Assembly: GCA_021815445.1 (NCBI GenBank) | Contig: JAKAGM010000001.1 | Span: 403,710 to 467,709 of the forward strand | DNA: 64,000 bases | Reading direction: 5' to 3' | Source: a bacterium | Lineage (GTDB): Bacteria > Patescibacteriota > Patescibacteriia > UBA10025 | Shown here: piece after piece, positions 1 to 9,451 of the stretch | Position numbering within the stretch: the stretch's first letter is position 1 | How the letters are laid out: each line of letters begins with the position of its first letter | Translations under genes and position numbers: made by a program | The notes under the pieces: generated by a model | Databases searched by the model: none | What the model was told of the DNA's origin: nothing | What the model saw: only the letters and a program-made list of their open reading frames with translations

Positions 1-771
1 GAGAGCGCCGGTGTGAGAAGCGACAGCTGCCGCAGCGGCTTCAGTTCTGCCCGCTTTTATGACGATAATCGGCAACCTTCGCGCGACACGCGCCGCTTCC
101 CTGAGAAATGCCCGCCCGTTACGTATATCTTCCAGATACATCAGGACCACTTTTGTCGCCGGGTCTGCGGCAAGATACCGCAGGACATCGCACTCATTGA
201 CGACAGCTTTATTGCCGAGACTGATCAAATACCTGAAACCCAATCCTGACGAGCTCGCCCAGTCGGCGATAGCTACCGCCATGGCGCCTGACTGCGATAT
301 GATGCTCACGTTGCCTGTCCTGGGAAGCCCCTGGGCAAACGACGCGTTGAGTTTGAGCGAAGGAGCGATAAAGCCCAGGCAGTTCGGGCCAAGGAGCGCC
401 ATGCGTGGTTTTGCGGCGTACAGGGCCATCTGCTCTTCCCATTTCATGCCGATACCGCCGATTTCACGGAAGCCCGCGGATATGATGCTCGCAGCAGGTA
501 TCCCGGAACGCGAAAGATCTCGCACAATCTGCGGTACCGTCGGAGCTGGCGTTGCGATAATAACCAAATCAGGACGGCGAGGAAGGAGTCCCACCGTGGG
601 ATATGCCCGTTCGCCCTCCACTTCCGTCTCATGAAGATTAATCGGGTATACGGTCCCTGAATAACCAAAATCGCGGCAATTTCGGAAGATAATATTGCCT
701 AATTTTGTTCTATCAGTTGACGCCCCTACGACAGCTATAGAACGGGGGGCAAAGAGCGCATGAAGATTCAT
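1..771 (-). CDS. acetate--CoA ligase (ADP-forming) / CoA-binding domain protein, N-terminal part; 3' end lies beyond the window edge
   Basis: Third minus-strand frame, ATG at 771..769, open to position 1, so it is absent from the M-to-stop ORF track. Translation MNLHALFAPRSIAVVGASTDRTKLGN...ALLGPNCLGFIAPSLKLNASFAQGLPRTGNVSIISQSGAMAVAIADW...VIKAGRTEAAAAAVASHTGAL shows the CoA-binding Rossmann motif, the GPNCLG loop and the phospho-His SHTGAL motif of the succinyl-CoA synthetase-alpha/ADP-forming ACS family. Confidence 0.8.
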   Translation of the reverse strand, partial: MNLHALFAPRSIAVVGASTDRTKLGNIIFRNCRDFGYSGTVYPINLHETEVEGERAYPTVGLLPRRPDLVIIATPAPTVPQIVRDLSRSGIPAASIISAGFREIGGIGMKWEEQMALYAAKPRMALLGPNCLGFIAPSLKLNASFAQGLPRTGNVSIISQSGAMAVAIADWASSSGLGFRYLISLGNKAVVNECDVLRYLAADPATKVVLMYLEDIRNGRAFLREAARVARRLPIIVIKAGRTEAAAAAVASHTGAL

Positions 772-786
772 GGTAGATGCGAAATG

Positions 787-2373
787 TTAAGTTAACAGAT
801 TCCTGCCTGTCATTTCTTCCGGTACCGGCAGCTTCATGAGCTGAAGCATCGTCACAGTTACATCGGAGAGGATGCCCACAGGGGGCAACGCGGAAAGGTC
901 ATCATCCTGGATAAAATCCTTATACGGCGTATTGCCCCTGAATTGCTCGCCTATAATGTAGAACGGCACGGGATTCACCGTGTGCTCCTTGTCCAATTCA
1001 CCCGTCTGGAGGTTGACCTTAGATTCGGCATTCCCGTGGTCTGCGGTAATAAAAAGGATGCCTTCCCGCGGAAGGATTTCCTTCATTATTTTTCCGATGC
1101 ATTCATCCACGATTTGCACGGCGGCTACCGTGGCTTCAAGGTTGCCCGTGTGGCCGACCATGTCTGCGTTGGCAAAATTGACGACGGTAAATGAATATTT
1201 GTCTTTCTGCATCTCTTCAAGCAGTCGTTTCGTCACTTCGCGGGCGCTCATTTCCGGCTTTTCAGCATACGAGGACACCCGCGGTGACGGAATAAGGATA
1301 TTGTCCTGGCCGGCAAAAGGCTCTTCGCGACCGCCGTTGAAAAAATACGTGACATGGGCATATTTCTCCGTTTCTGAAATATGGAGCTGTTTCAGCTTCG
1401 CGTCGGATACCACTTTCGAAAACGGCGTGACGATATATTCCGGAGGAAACGCCACCTTAACGGGAAGGTCCTTGTCATATTCGGTCATCGTGACAAAAAA
1501 GAGATGGGGGAAATACTTTTCGCGGTGAAATTTGTCAAAACTTGGAAGAGTGAACGCCTTAGTCAGCTGGCGGGCACGGTCAGGACGGAAGTTGAAGAAA
1601 ATGACGGCGTCCTTGTCCTGGATTGTCGCCACGGGTTTCCCGCCGTGCATAATGACCGTCGGCACAAATTCCTCGTCATAATTCGCCTTCGCATAGCTGT
1701 CCTTGATTGCTTGTGCCGCTGTATCCGCAGTACGGTCCGCTTTGCCCTCGGTCATGGCGACAAAAGCCTGCTCGATGCGATCCCAACGGTTATCGCGATC
1801 CATGGCGTAATACCTGCCCGAGAGTGTTGCAATCTCGCCGACGCCGATCTCTTTGATTTTCTGATTGAGCTTTTTAATAAAAACTTCCGCGCTGTTTCGT
1901 GGTGTGTCGCGACCGTCTAAGATAGCGTGGATGTATACTTCCTTGATTTTCGCTTTCTTGGCAAGCTCAAGGAGCGCGAAGAGATGATCGATGGAACTGT
2001 GAACCCCGCCCGAAGAAACGAGTCCGAGAAGGTGAAGCCGCGATGAATGCTTGCGCACGTGCGCAACAGCCGCTTGCAACACGGTATTAGTGAAAAAAGA
2101 ATCATCGGAAATTGCCTTGGTAATCCTGGGCATATCCTGATAGACAATCCTCCCCGCCCCCAAATTAAGATGCCCGACTTCCGAATTTCCCATTTCTCCC
2201 CACGGCAATCCGACGGCTTCTCCCGATGCCTGCACAGCCAGCGTCGGGAAGTTCTTTGGCAAGCTTTTGATGGTCGGGGTAGACGCGCTTGTTATAGCAT
2301 TTCCCCTGCCGGGCGGCGCTATTCCCCAGCCGTCAAGGATGGCGAGTACTACTGGTTTGATTTTGTGATGCAT
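787..2373 (-). CDS. gpmI: 2,3-bisphosphoglycerate-independent phosphoglycerate mutase (copy 1)
   Basis: 528-aa ORF. N-terminus KPVVLAILDGWGI; metal-binding motifs (NSEVGHLNLGAGR, ITADHGNAE, NADMVGHTG) typical of iPGM. Confidence 0.9.
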   Translation of the reverse strand: MHHKIKPVVLAILDGWGIAPPGRGNAITSASTPTIKSLPKNFPTLAVQASGEAVGLPWGEMGNSEVGHLNLGAGRIVYQDMPRITKAISDDSFFTNTVLQAAVAHVRKHSSRLHLLGLVSSGGVHSSIDHLFALLELAKKAKIKEVYIHAILDGRDTPRNSAEVFIKKLNQKIKEIGVGEIATLSGRYYAMDRDNRWDRIEQAFVAMTEGKADRTADTAAQAIKDSYAKANYDEEFVPTVIMHGGKPVATIQDKDAVIFFNFRPDRARQLTKAFTLPSFDKFHREKYFPHLFFVTMTEYDKDLPVKVAFPPEYIVTPFSKVVSDAKLKQLHISETEKYAHVTYFFNGGREEPFAGQDNILIPSPRVSSYAEKPEMSAREVTKRLLEEMQKDKYSFTVVNFANADMVGHTGNLEATVAAVQIVDECIGKIMKEILPREGILFITADHGNAESKVNLQTGELDKEHTVNPVPFYIIGEQFRGNTPYKDFIQDDDLSALPPVGILSDVTVTMLQLMKLPVPEEMTGRNLLT

Positions 2374-3911
2374 AGGCTTTGAGAAGTCATGTCGGGAGGT
2401 TTGGGGATGCCTACGACATCGAGAATAGTCGGAGCGATGTTGGCAAGCACACCTTTCGGCTGCAGGGCATAGCGCTGCACGTCGTCGCCTGTCATGATGA
2501 AGGGAACAGGATTATGCGAATGCGAAGTGTTAATTTCCCCAGTTTGCAGATTCATCATATAGTCGGCGTTTCCGTGGTCCGCGGTAATGAAAAGGACGCC
2601 TTTCTTCCGGCGGACCATCGCCTCTATTCGCCCCATGCAGAAGTCTAGGTATTCCACTGCCTGCACAGCCGCAGGTATGTCACCCGTATGCCCGACCATA
2701 TCGGCATTCGGATAGTTCATTACTATGATATCATATCTGTCGTTTTCTAGGCTGGAGAGGACAAAATCGGTCAAATCGAGCGAGCTCATCTCGGGCTTCT
2801 GGACATACGAGTACAGCCGCGGCGATTGGATAATGACGCGCTCTTCGCCGGCAACGGGGCTCGGATATCCTCCGTTGAGGAAGTACGTCACATGGGCGTA
2901 TTTCTCGCTCTCTGAAATATAGAGCTGGCGCCAGGAACCGAAGACAAAAGGGAGGGTATTCACGACGCGACGGAAAGGATACGCGCACCGCACCCCGGGG
3001 AGGTCGGGACCGTAATCGGTAAGCGTCACAAACGCTATGTTGCTGAGAATCTTTTTTCTCTCGAATCCCGTGAATTCTTCTTTTTGCAGAAAAGCTTTAG
3101 AGATTTCCCTGACACGGTCGGATCGTATGTTAAAGAAAATAATGCCGTCATTGTTGTTGATGAGCTGGACAGGCTCCCCGTCTTTGCAAATGACTGTCGG
3201 ATGGATATATTCATCGTTTTCTCCCCGGTTATACGCCTGCGTGATCGCATCCTGCGCTGACGGGGCGTTCCAGCCTTTCCCCTCAACCATGGCTTCGTAC
3301 GCAAGTTTGACCCTCCCCCACTCCTTCACGCGATCCATGGCGTAAAAGCGGCCGATAACCGTTGCAATTTTCTCATCACCCAGGAAATGCTTTTGAAGTT
3401 TCTCGATAAACTTCGTGGCGCCATGCGGAGAAGAATCCCGGCCGTCAGTGAAAAGATGGAGAAAAACTTTTTTTATTTGGTACCCCGCCAGGAGCTGGAG
3501 AAGGGCGTGGAGGTGTTCGGGGTACGCGTGCGCGCTTTGGTCGCCGGTGAGGAGGCCCGCAAGGTGCATCGACGAGTTATTTTTCTTTACATGCTCGACG
3601 GCATAGAGAAAAGCCGGATTCCGGAAAAATGACCCGTCATTGATTCTATGGGAGATTTCGATGGCATCCTGCTCGACAATGCGACCTGCGCCTATATTCA
3701 TGTGGCCTGCTTCGGAGTTTCCCGTCTGGCCTGACGGTAATCCCACCGCGCGGCCCGAAGCCTGGAGCGTGCTGTGCGGGTTAGAGGACCAGAGCCGGTC
3801 GAACACCGGCGTCCGAGCAAGCGACACAGCGTTGTTCCGTTTCTTGAGGCCAATACCCCACCCGTCAAGTATGATGAGAACGACGGGTTTGCACTTGAGA
3901 GAAGGCGTCAT
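2349..3911 (-). CDS. gpmI: 2,3-bisphosphoglycerate-independent phosphoglycerate mutase (copy 2, tandem paralogue)
   Basis: 520-aa ORF with the same iPGM motif set (KPVVLIILDGWGIG, NSEAGHMNIGAGR, ITADHGNAD, NADMVGHTG). Overlaps copy 1 by 25 nt and eno by 4 nt. Confidence 0.9.
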   Translation of the reverse strand: MTPSLKCKPVVLIILDGWGIGLKKRNNAVSLARTPVFDRLWSSNPHSTLQASGRAVGLPSGQTGNSEAGHMNIGAGRIVEQDAIEISHRINDGSFFRNPAFLYAVEHVKKNNSSMHLAGLLTGDQSAHAYPEHLHALLQLLAGYQIKKVFLHLFTDGRDSSPHGATKFIEKLQKHFLGDEKIATVIGRFYAMDRVKEWGRVKLAYEAMVEGKGWNAPSAQDAITQAYNRGENDEYIHPTVICKDGEPVQLINNNDGIIFFNIRSDRVREISKAFLQKEEFTGFERKKILSNIAFVTLTDYGPDLPGVRCAYPFRRVVNTLPFVFGSWRQLYISESEKYAHVTYFLNGGYPSPVAGEERVIIQSPRLYSYVQKPEMSSLDLTDFVLSSLENDRYDIIVMNYPNADMVGHTGDIPAAVQAVEYLDFCMGRIEAMVRRKKGVLFITADHGNADYMMNLQTGEINTSHSHNPVPFIMTGDDVQRYALQPKGVLANIAPTILDVVGIPKPPDMTSQSLCITKSNQ

Positions 3912-5167
3912 AGCGTCGCAATCTGCTCTTCGATAGCCACCAGCCTGTTATATTTCGCCAGACGCTCGCCCCTGGAGAGAGATCCTGCTTTGAGATATTC
4001 TGCGCCAGTCCCGACGGCGAGGTCCGCAATAGTCGTATCGCAGGTTTCGCCGGAACGGTGTGAGATGACGACTGTGTACCTGTGCTGCTTCGCCAGCTTA
4101 ATGCAGTCCATCGTTTCGGTGAGGGACCCGATTTGGTTCACTTTGATGAGGATTGCGTTTGCGACGGACTGCTTGATGCCCTCACCGAGGCGTTTCGTAC
4201 TCGTTACAAAAAGGTCGTCACCTACCAGGAGGCAGGATTTGCCCATGCGTTCCGTGAGCAGTTTCCATCCTTCCCAATCGTCTTCCGCTAATCCGTCTTC
4301 GATGGACATCAGATGGTATTTGTCGCGCCATTCATCCAGCAAACTGATAAATTGGGTTGAAGCGAGCTTCCGCTTTTCCGAAGTGAGGATGTAGCTTTTT
4401 TCTTTCGCGTCATAGAATTCCGACGCCGCAGCGTCGATGCCGAGACTCACGTCTTTGTCAATGCGGTATCCCGACAATGAGATTGACTCAAGTATTTTTT
4501 CGAATGCCTCATGGTCATTATCCAGCCGCGGGGCATAGCCGCCTTCGTCGCCGACGAGAGTTGAATGTCTCGTACTGAGGAGCTCGCCAAGTTTGTGAAA
4601 AATCTCGGATCCCATCCGCAGATTTTCCGAAAACACTTTTTTTCTGGGAATCAAAAGGTATTCCTGGATTTCCATCCCGTTGTCGGCATGGCGGCCGCCG
4701 TTGAATATATTCATCATGGGGTAAGGTACGCGGAATTTCTTTGAGGGGAACTTAAACGTGTCGGCGAGATAGCGATAGAGCGGGGTATCCGAGGCCCGGG
4801 CCGCTGCATGCGCCACGGCAAGTGAGATGCTTAGGATCGCATTTGCCCCGAGCCGGGATTTATTTTCAGTGCCGTCGCATTCGAGAAGCGCCGCATCGAT
4901 CCCCCGCTGGTCATAGGCATCCTTGCCTTTGACAGCCTCAAAAAGTTCGCCGCGGACATTGCCGACAGCTGTAAGCACCCCTTTGCCTCCGTACCTTTTA
5001 GGGTCCTTGTCGCGAAGTTCGAGCGCCTCATGGACTCCCGTCGAGGCGCCGCTGGGGACCGACGCGCATCCTTTCGTGCCGTTTGAAAGCACCGCAACAG
5101 TCTGCACGGTCGGGTTTCCCCGTGAATCAAGTATCTCTCTGGCGTGGAGCGAAGAAATGGTGTGTTT
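3908..5167 (-). CDS. eno: enolase (phosphopyruvate hydratase)
   Basis: ILDSRGNPTV N-terminus and enolase signature ISHRSGETCDTTIADLAVG. Start placed at internal MKHTISSLHAREI (ATG 5167), because the upstream 32 codons of the track ORF have no enolase-like sequence. Confidence 0.93.
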   Translation of the reverse strand, partial: KHTISSLHAREILDSRGNPTVQTVAVLSNGTKGCASVPSGASTGVHEALELRDKDPKRYGGKGVLTAVGNVRGELFEAVKGKDAYDQRGIDAALLECDGTENKSRLGANAILSISLAVAHAAARASDTPLYRYLADTFKFPSKKFRVPYPMMNIFNGGRHADNGMEIQEYLLIPRKKVFSENLRMGSEIFHKLGELLSTRHSTLVGDEGGYAPRLDNDHEAFEKILESISLSGYRIDKDVSLGIDAAASEFYDAKEKSYILTSEKRKLASTQFISLLDEWRDKYHLMSIEDGLAEDDWEGWKLLTERMGKSCLLVGDDLFVTSTKRLGEGIKQSVANAILIKVNQIGSLTETMDCIKLAKQHRYTVVISHRSGETCDTTIADLAVGTGAEYLKAGSLSRGERLAKYNRLVAIEEQIATL

Positions 5168-5180
5168 CATAGTAAGAAAA

Positions 5181-6371
5181 CTAGGTGATGCGAAGCGGCT
5201 CGATGCCCGGCAACGTGCCGTATTCGATGAAATCAAGCATGGCCCCTCCTCCCATGGACACAAACGACATTTTTGACTCGAGCCCCAACCGTCGTATCGA
5301 GGCGACCGTCTCGCCTCCGCCGACTATCGTCCGGCCGTCGATTCTCCCCATGCACTCCGCGATGGCATCGGTTCCGCGGGAAAACTTTTTGAGTTCAAAA
5401 TACCCCATGGGTCCGTTCCAAATGGTGGTTTTGGCGCTTTCAAGTATTTCTTCAAAAAGAGTGATGGTGTCAGGACCGATGTCGAGGATTTTTTCGTCTT
5501 CCTTGACCTTCCCCACAGCCCGCGTGTGCACAGCCGCGGCTTCCGACGCTTCGTGCGCGACGACAACGTCAATGGGGATATGGAGGCGATTGTCAGTCAA
5601 TACAAACTCGGATGTCATTGCAACCATTTTTTCCTCAATGAGCGACGTACCGACTTGGATCCCTTTTGCGCGGAGGATGGTGTTCGCAAGCGCTCCGCCG
5701 AGCAGGAGGTAATCCACTTTTTTGAGAAGCGATTTGATCACGCCCATCTTGGACGATATTTTCGCCCCGCCGATCACGCCGACAAACGGCCGCTGGGGAT
5801 CAGTCATGGCGGCGCTTAATTCCTTGACCTCCCGGGCGAGACCGGGACCCGCGTAGCTCGGAAGATATTTAGGTATGCCTACAATGGATGCTACTGCGCG
5901 GTGCGACTGTCCGAAAGCGTCGTTGATGAAAAGGTCGCCGTTTTTTGCCAATTCTTTGGCGAACGAATCGTCATAATATTCCTCATCTTTTTCTCCGGGA
6001 TGGAAACGGACGTTTTCTAAAAGCGTCACCGATCCGCTTGGGGCTTGAGAAATCGCTTTTTGGATTTTTTTCCCCACACAGTCATCCAGGAAGTTTACCG
6101 GCATTGCGAGCAGCTCGGCAAGGCGTTTGCCGACAGGCGCCATGCTCATCTCTTTGACCACCTTGCCGCGGGGACGCTGAAGCCAAGAGAGGAGGACCAC
6201 TTTTGCACCCCGTGAAACGAGGTCGCGGATCGCGGGAATGACTGCCTGGAGGCGGGCATCGTCATCAACCTTGAGCTCTCCGCCGGCATCCACGAAATGG
6301 ACGTCCAGCGTGGCACGCAGGATGACCCTCTTGTTGCTGACGTTGACATGTTCTGCCGTTCGCAGGCGCAT
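5181..6371 (-). CDS. pgk: phosphoglycerate kinase
   Basis: 396 aa. N-terminal KRVILRATLDV...GAKVVLLSWLQRP and C-terminal GGGAM..DFIE pattern of PGK. Confidence 0.92.
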   Translation of the reverse strand: MRLRTAEHVNVSNKRVILRATLDVHFVDAGGELKVDDDARLQAVIPAIRDLVSRGAKVVLLSWLQRPRGKVVKEMSMAPVGKRLAELLAMPVNFLDDCVGKKIQKAISQAPSGSVTLLENVRFHPGEKDEEYYDDSFAKELAKNGDLFINDAFGQSHRAVASIVGIPKYLPSYAGPGLAREVKELSAAMTDPQRPFVGVIGGAKISSKMGVIKSLLKKVDYLLLGGALANTILRAKGIQVGTSLIEEKMVAMTSEFVLTDNRLHIPIDVVVAHEASEAAAVHTRAVGKVKEDEKILDIGPDTITLFEEILESAKTTIWNGPMGYFELKKFSRGTDAIAECMGRIDGRTIVGGGETVASIRRLGLESKMSFVSMGGGAMLDFIEYGTLPGIEPLRIT

Positions 6372-6386
6372 GAGCGTATGTACAGA

Positions 6387-6983
6387 TTATTTTGCGGTTC
6401 CGTGGGCGAGCTTGAATGATATCGGCGGATATACCTGGTGAAGACTGACGACACTGGCATTGATCATCTGGCGTCCGGCATTTTTTTGGGCGAGCGCCCC
6501 GACAGCGTGGTCATCGAGCGAAAAATCAACGCGGTACATTTTTGACGGACTATGCTCGCTGGCGTTCGGTTCCAGCCAGATTTTCATCAGCATGACGTTG
6601 AGACCGGGTTTCCACACAGCCCTTCTCTCCCTCGAATCGACAAACTCGATTCCCTCATGCGCTTCGTTGATCACACGGATAGGGACGATATGGGCCTTTG
6701 CGCCGATGTACGGGTTGCCGAAATCCTCTATGAACTGCCGGGGTATATACTGCCCTTCGCTGTTAATGACGATCCTCATCTTATTGATGACCGTGGCGCT
6801 TTTACGCGAGGTAAAGTCGCATTTCATCTGCACCGCCACGCCGGCAGAGTCAGGAATAACGGCAATTTTCTCGCCGATAGAAACGTCGACATCAGGCCGA
6901 TGAACGAAGAGTATCCGTGACAGGATAATAATCACTGCGACGAAGAAAACACCGCCTACTATAAACGTGATGCCTATGTGCAT
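6387..6983 (-). CDS. hypothetical membrane-anchored protein
   Basis: 198-aa ORF with one N-terminal TM helix (ITFIVGGVFFVAVIIIL). No recognised domain. Confidence 0.5.
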   Translation of the reverse strand: MHIGITFIVGGVFFVAVIIILSRILFVHRPDVDVSIGEKIAVIPDSAGVAVQMKCDFTSRKSATVINKMRIVINSEGQYIPRQFIEDFGNPYIGAKAHIVPIRVINEAHEGIEFVDSRERRAVWKPGLNVMLMKIWLEPNASEHSPSKMYRVDFSLDDHAVGALAQKNAGRQMINASVVSLHQVYPPISFKLAHGTAK

Positions 6984-6984
6984 A

Positions 6985-7018
6985 GAAAAAAATGAAAAGG
7001 AGGGCTTTGAACCCTCTT
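6985..7018 (-). terminator. rho-independent terminator downstream of the RDD-family gene
   Basis: On the minus strand, GAGGGTTCAAAGCCCTC hairpin followed by CTTTTCATTTTTTT. Confidence 0.55.
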
Positions 7019-7049
7019 AGTATACCATTTTTTCGGATAAACTTCAAAC

Positions 7050-7616
7050 TTACCCGACGATGTTTTCTCCGCTCGGAGCCGCCGGCCGGGCCGCCGGATT
7101 GACGTACCTGCGGCGAATCACCAGCGTACGCGCCATTTTGTCATGCCATCCCTGCCTGCGCTTGTCAAAAAGAATCCAGAGGTAGCCGATGCCGAGTCCC
7201 AGCGTGGAGATGAAGCGTCCGACTATCTCGCGAATAATGACGTCGCGGAACACGAGGGATATATCTTCTTCCCTCACAATGCGCAGCCCGAGTATCAGTT
7301 TTCCCATTGACGCCGCTTTTGTTTTGACCAATATAACATTCGCAATAATCATGAGCGGGTAAAGGCCGAAAAAAAGGACCAGTGAAATACCGGCGAAGAG
7401 CCAGAGTGACGGGATAATCTGTGGAACCTGCGAAGCCGGCAATGTGGAAAAATTAAGCGGCGTTCCCGTGGCGCGATGTGCGACGTAGATGATACCGTAT
7501 GTGCCCGTAAGTAAAAAAAACGGCGCGTTGTCTATAACGCCGGCGACCAGACGCTTCCACAGCGGTGCGAGTTCTCCTGTATCGAAAGCTGGCATAAAGT
7601 CGAATATGCAGGGCAA
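7050..7616 (-). CDS. RDD family membrane protein
   Basis: 188 aa, 3-4 TM helices, C-terminal ...FDKRRQGWHDKMARTLVI (RDD motif). Confidence 0.65.
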   Translation of the reverse strand: MPCIFDFMPAFDTGELAPLWKRLVAGVIDNAPFFLLTGTYGIIYVAHRATGTPLNFSTLPASQVPQIIPSLWLFAGISLVLFFGLYPLMIIANVILVKTKAASMGKLILGLRIVREEDISLVFRDVIIREIVGRFISTLGLGIGYLWILFDKRRQGWHDKMARTLVIRRRYVNPAARPAAPSGENIVG

Positions 7617-7621
7617 GGGAT

Positions 7622-8416
7622 CTACTCCGGCGCGGGCGTACTCTCAACTGTTTCAGGAAGAAGTTTGAACGTGGTCAAAATGGTGGCAGTTTCCTTGTAG
7701 CGGTCTCCCAATCCTTTTGCCCGGTCCAAGCTACTCGCCCGCCCGCCAAAAATCATGTTGTCCCGCGAGCTGAGAAGAACCCACGAGCTTTTCACCTTGT
7801 CCCAGTTTGCCGGACTGAAGACGCCGACTTCAAAAAAAACTACGCCCGTGTCGGTGTCGGTGAGCGTCTTGGGATATTCAAAGTGAAAATAATTATAGAT
7901 ATACTCGTCCTTCGTCCCTTTATCGACCTGCTGGGCGCTCGTAGTGACGTTGTATCCTTTCCACGCCGGAGGAATCTTGAGCGTGAAGTTGTACACGTCG
8001 TTGGTATAGAGCGTCCATGTAGAAGTATCAACCTCGGCAGGATTGTTCCCGTGTATTGTCGGCGCCGTATTCGTTTTGTGGTTCATCTGGTTGAGGATGA
8101 GCACTATCGCCGCAAAGAAAACTATGGTAGCGCCGGCAAGGATGTGCCGAGCGGTAATGCGTCGTGTCTTTACCGGCTTTTTTCCCGGAGCAGGCAGGAG
8201 TACTTGGGGTTGGACAAGAGCTTCCTGCTTACGGACGGCTACCGGGGGTTGAATATCTTTGTGGTCCGTTGGAACGGCTTGAGGCATCTCAGCCCGATGC
8301 CGGGTATGCGCCTTCATCCTGTGAGCTGCCGGCTTTCGATGTGTTTTTGGTGCGGCCATAGGTTGATCTTGACAAAAGTATTTGGTGGGATAGACTTGTG
8401 TATGCATGGAAGGCAC
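7622..8416 (-). CDS. hypothetical membrane-anchored protein
   Basis: 264-aa ORF with a basic N-terminal region, one TM helix (ILAGATIVFFAAIVLIL) and an extracytoplasmic domain. Confidence 0.5.
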   Translation of the reverse strand: MPSMHTQVYPTKYFCQDQPMAAPKTHRKPAAHRMKAHTRHRAEMPQAVPTDHKDIQPPVAVRKQEALVQPQVLLPAPGKKPVKTRRITARHILAGATIVFFAAIVLILNQMNHKTNTAPTIHGNNPAEVDTSTWTLYTNDVYNFTLKIPPAWKGYNVTTSAQQVDKGTKDEYIYNYFHFEYPKTLTDTDTGVVFFEVGVFSPANWDKVKSSWVLLSSRDNMIFGGRASSLDRAKGLGDRYKETATILTTFKLLPETVESTPAPE

Positions 8417-8469
8417 CTAGTGCCATTCGTGCACGGGAAACGACCATCGGCCCACGATGGTTGTTTTCG

Positions 8470-9345
8470 CTATTCGCCGTTAGTACCGTTAGTATTCTCG
8501 CCGGCTTGATTCGTATTTTGGTTTACCGGGGAAATACCGGAAGGATTGTCCTCCACGGCCTTTATTTTTGATTTGATATCTTGGAAAACTCCGCGCTCAT
8601 TGAGTTTCTCCTTGATCTGGAGTTCGAGATCCCCGCCTTGGTCAAGATGAGTTTGCAGCCGCGCGCGAAGCTGCTGCGCTTCCTGCGTGCCCTGCATCTG
8701 CTGCACGGCGTTCTCTAATCCCTTGGAGGATTGCTCCATTGCATTCAGTATGCCCGCTTTGGCCTGCTCGGGAACTTTTGCGTAAATGTTGTTGAGCACG
8801 TCCTGCTGGCGCTGCTGGGTAATCTCAAGTTTCTGCACGAGGTCATCGGCGTTTTTTCCCTGCGCCTTCGCCTTCTCGACACGGGCGTTCATCCCGTCAA
8901 GTGCGGACTTGAATTGTGAGAGGTGTTGTTGCGCGAGGTCGGCTTTCCCTTTTTCAACAAGCTTCTGGGCTTCGGCGACCCGCTTCAGCGCGAACGTGTT
9001 CTCCAGCTCGGCTTTGTGCGCGCTGTCGAAAGTAAACGTAAGCTGGATCTTTTCCCACCAGCCCTTGAGGAAATACCATTTGGAATCAGGCAGGATGCCT
9101 GGATTGCTGACGATGCTGTCCGCGGCCTGACGGGCGGCGTCGAGCGCTTGCGACGGAGATGTCGACGTACTCGTCACTTCTACCTCGCCGTTGGCATCGG
9201 CCTGCACAGCCAGCGGCTGTACGTTAATAATTGCCGTATCGGCATTTGAATCAACGCCCGTATTGAGATTGACGTCAGTAGCATGCGCAGCGAAAGGAAC
9301 TATCGCGGCGAAGGTAATTATGAATATGAGATTCCGTGGCTTCAT
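8470..9345 (-). CDS. secreted coiled-coil protein
   Basis: 291 aa. Signal peptide (MKPRNLIFIITFAAIVPFAAHA), A/Q/K-rich predicted coiled coil, low-complexity NTNG tail. Confidence 0.55.
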   Translation of the reverse strand: MKPRNLIFIITFAAIVPFAAHATDVNLNTGVDSNADTAIINVQPLAVQADANGEVEVTSTSTSPSQALDAARQAADSIVSNPGILPDSKWYFLKGWWEKIQLTFTFDSAHKAELENTFALKRVAEAQKLVEKGKADLAQQHLSQFKSALDGMNARVEKAKAQGKNADDLVQKLEITQQRQQDVLNNIYAKVPEQAKAGILNAMEQSSKGLENAVQQMQGTQEAQQLRARLQTHLDQGGDLELQIKEKLNERGVFQDIKSKIKAVEDNPSGISPVNQNTNQAGENTNGTNGE

Positions 9346-9451
9346 TTGAGCGTTGCTCTTTACATTGTTAACCTGTCTAGCAGTATACTACAAAATGTAG
9401 TATGCGTTCAAACACCCTTTCGCCGTCCTCCAAATCTGCTTGCCACGGTGT

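Noticed and set aside
13-668. Track ORFs 13..249(+), 59..634(+), 209..442(-), 444..668(-)
   Set aside because: All have R/S/P-rich compositions with no motifs. The remaining minus-strand frame (771→1) encodes a clean CoA-binding/ADP-forming ACS domain covering the same DNA.
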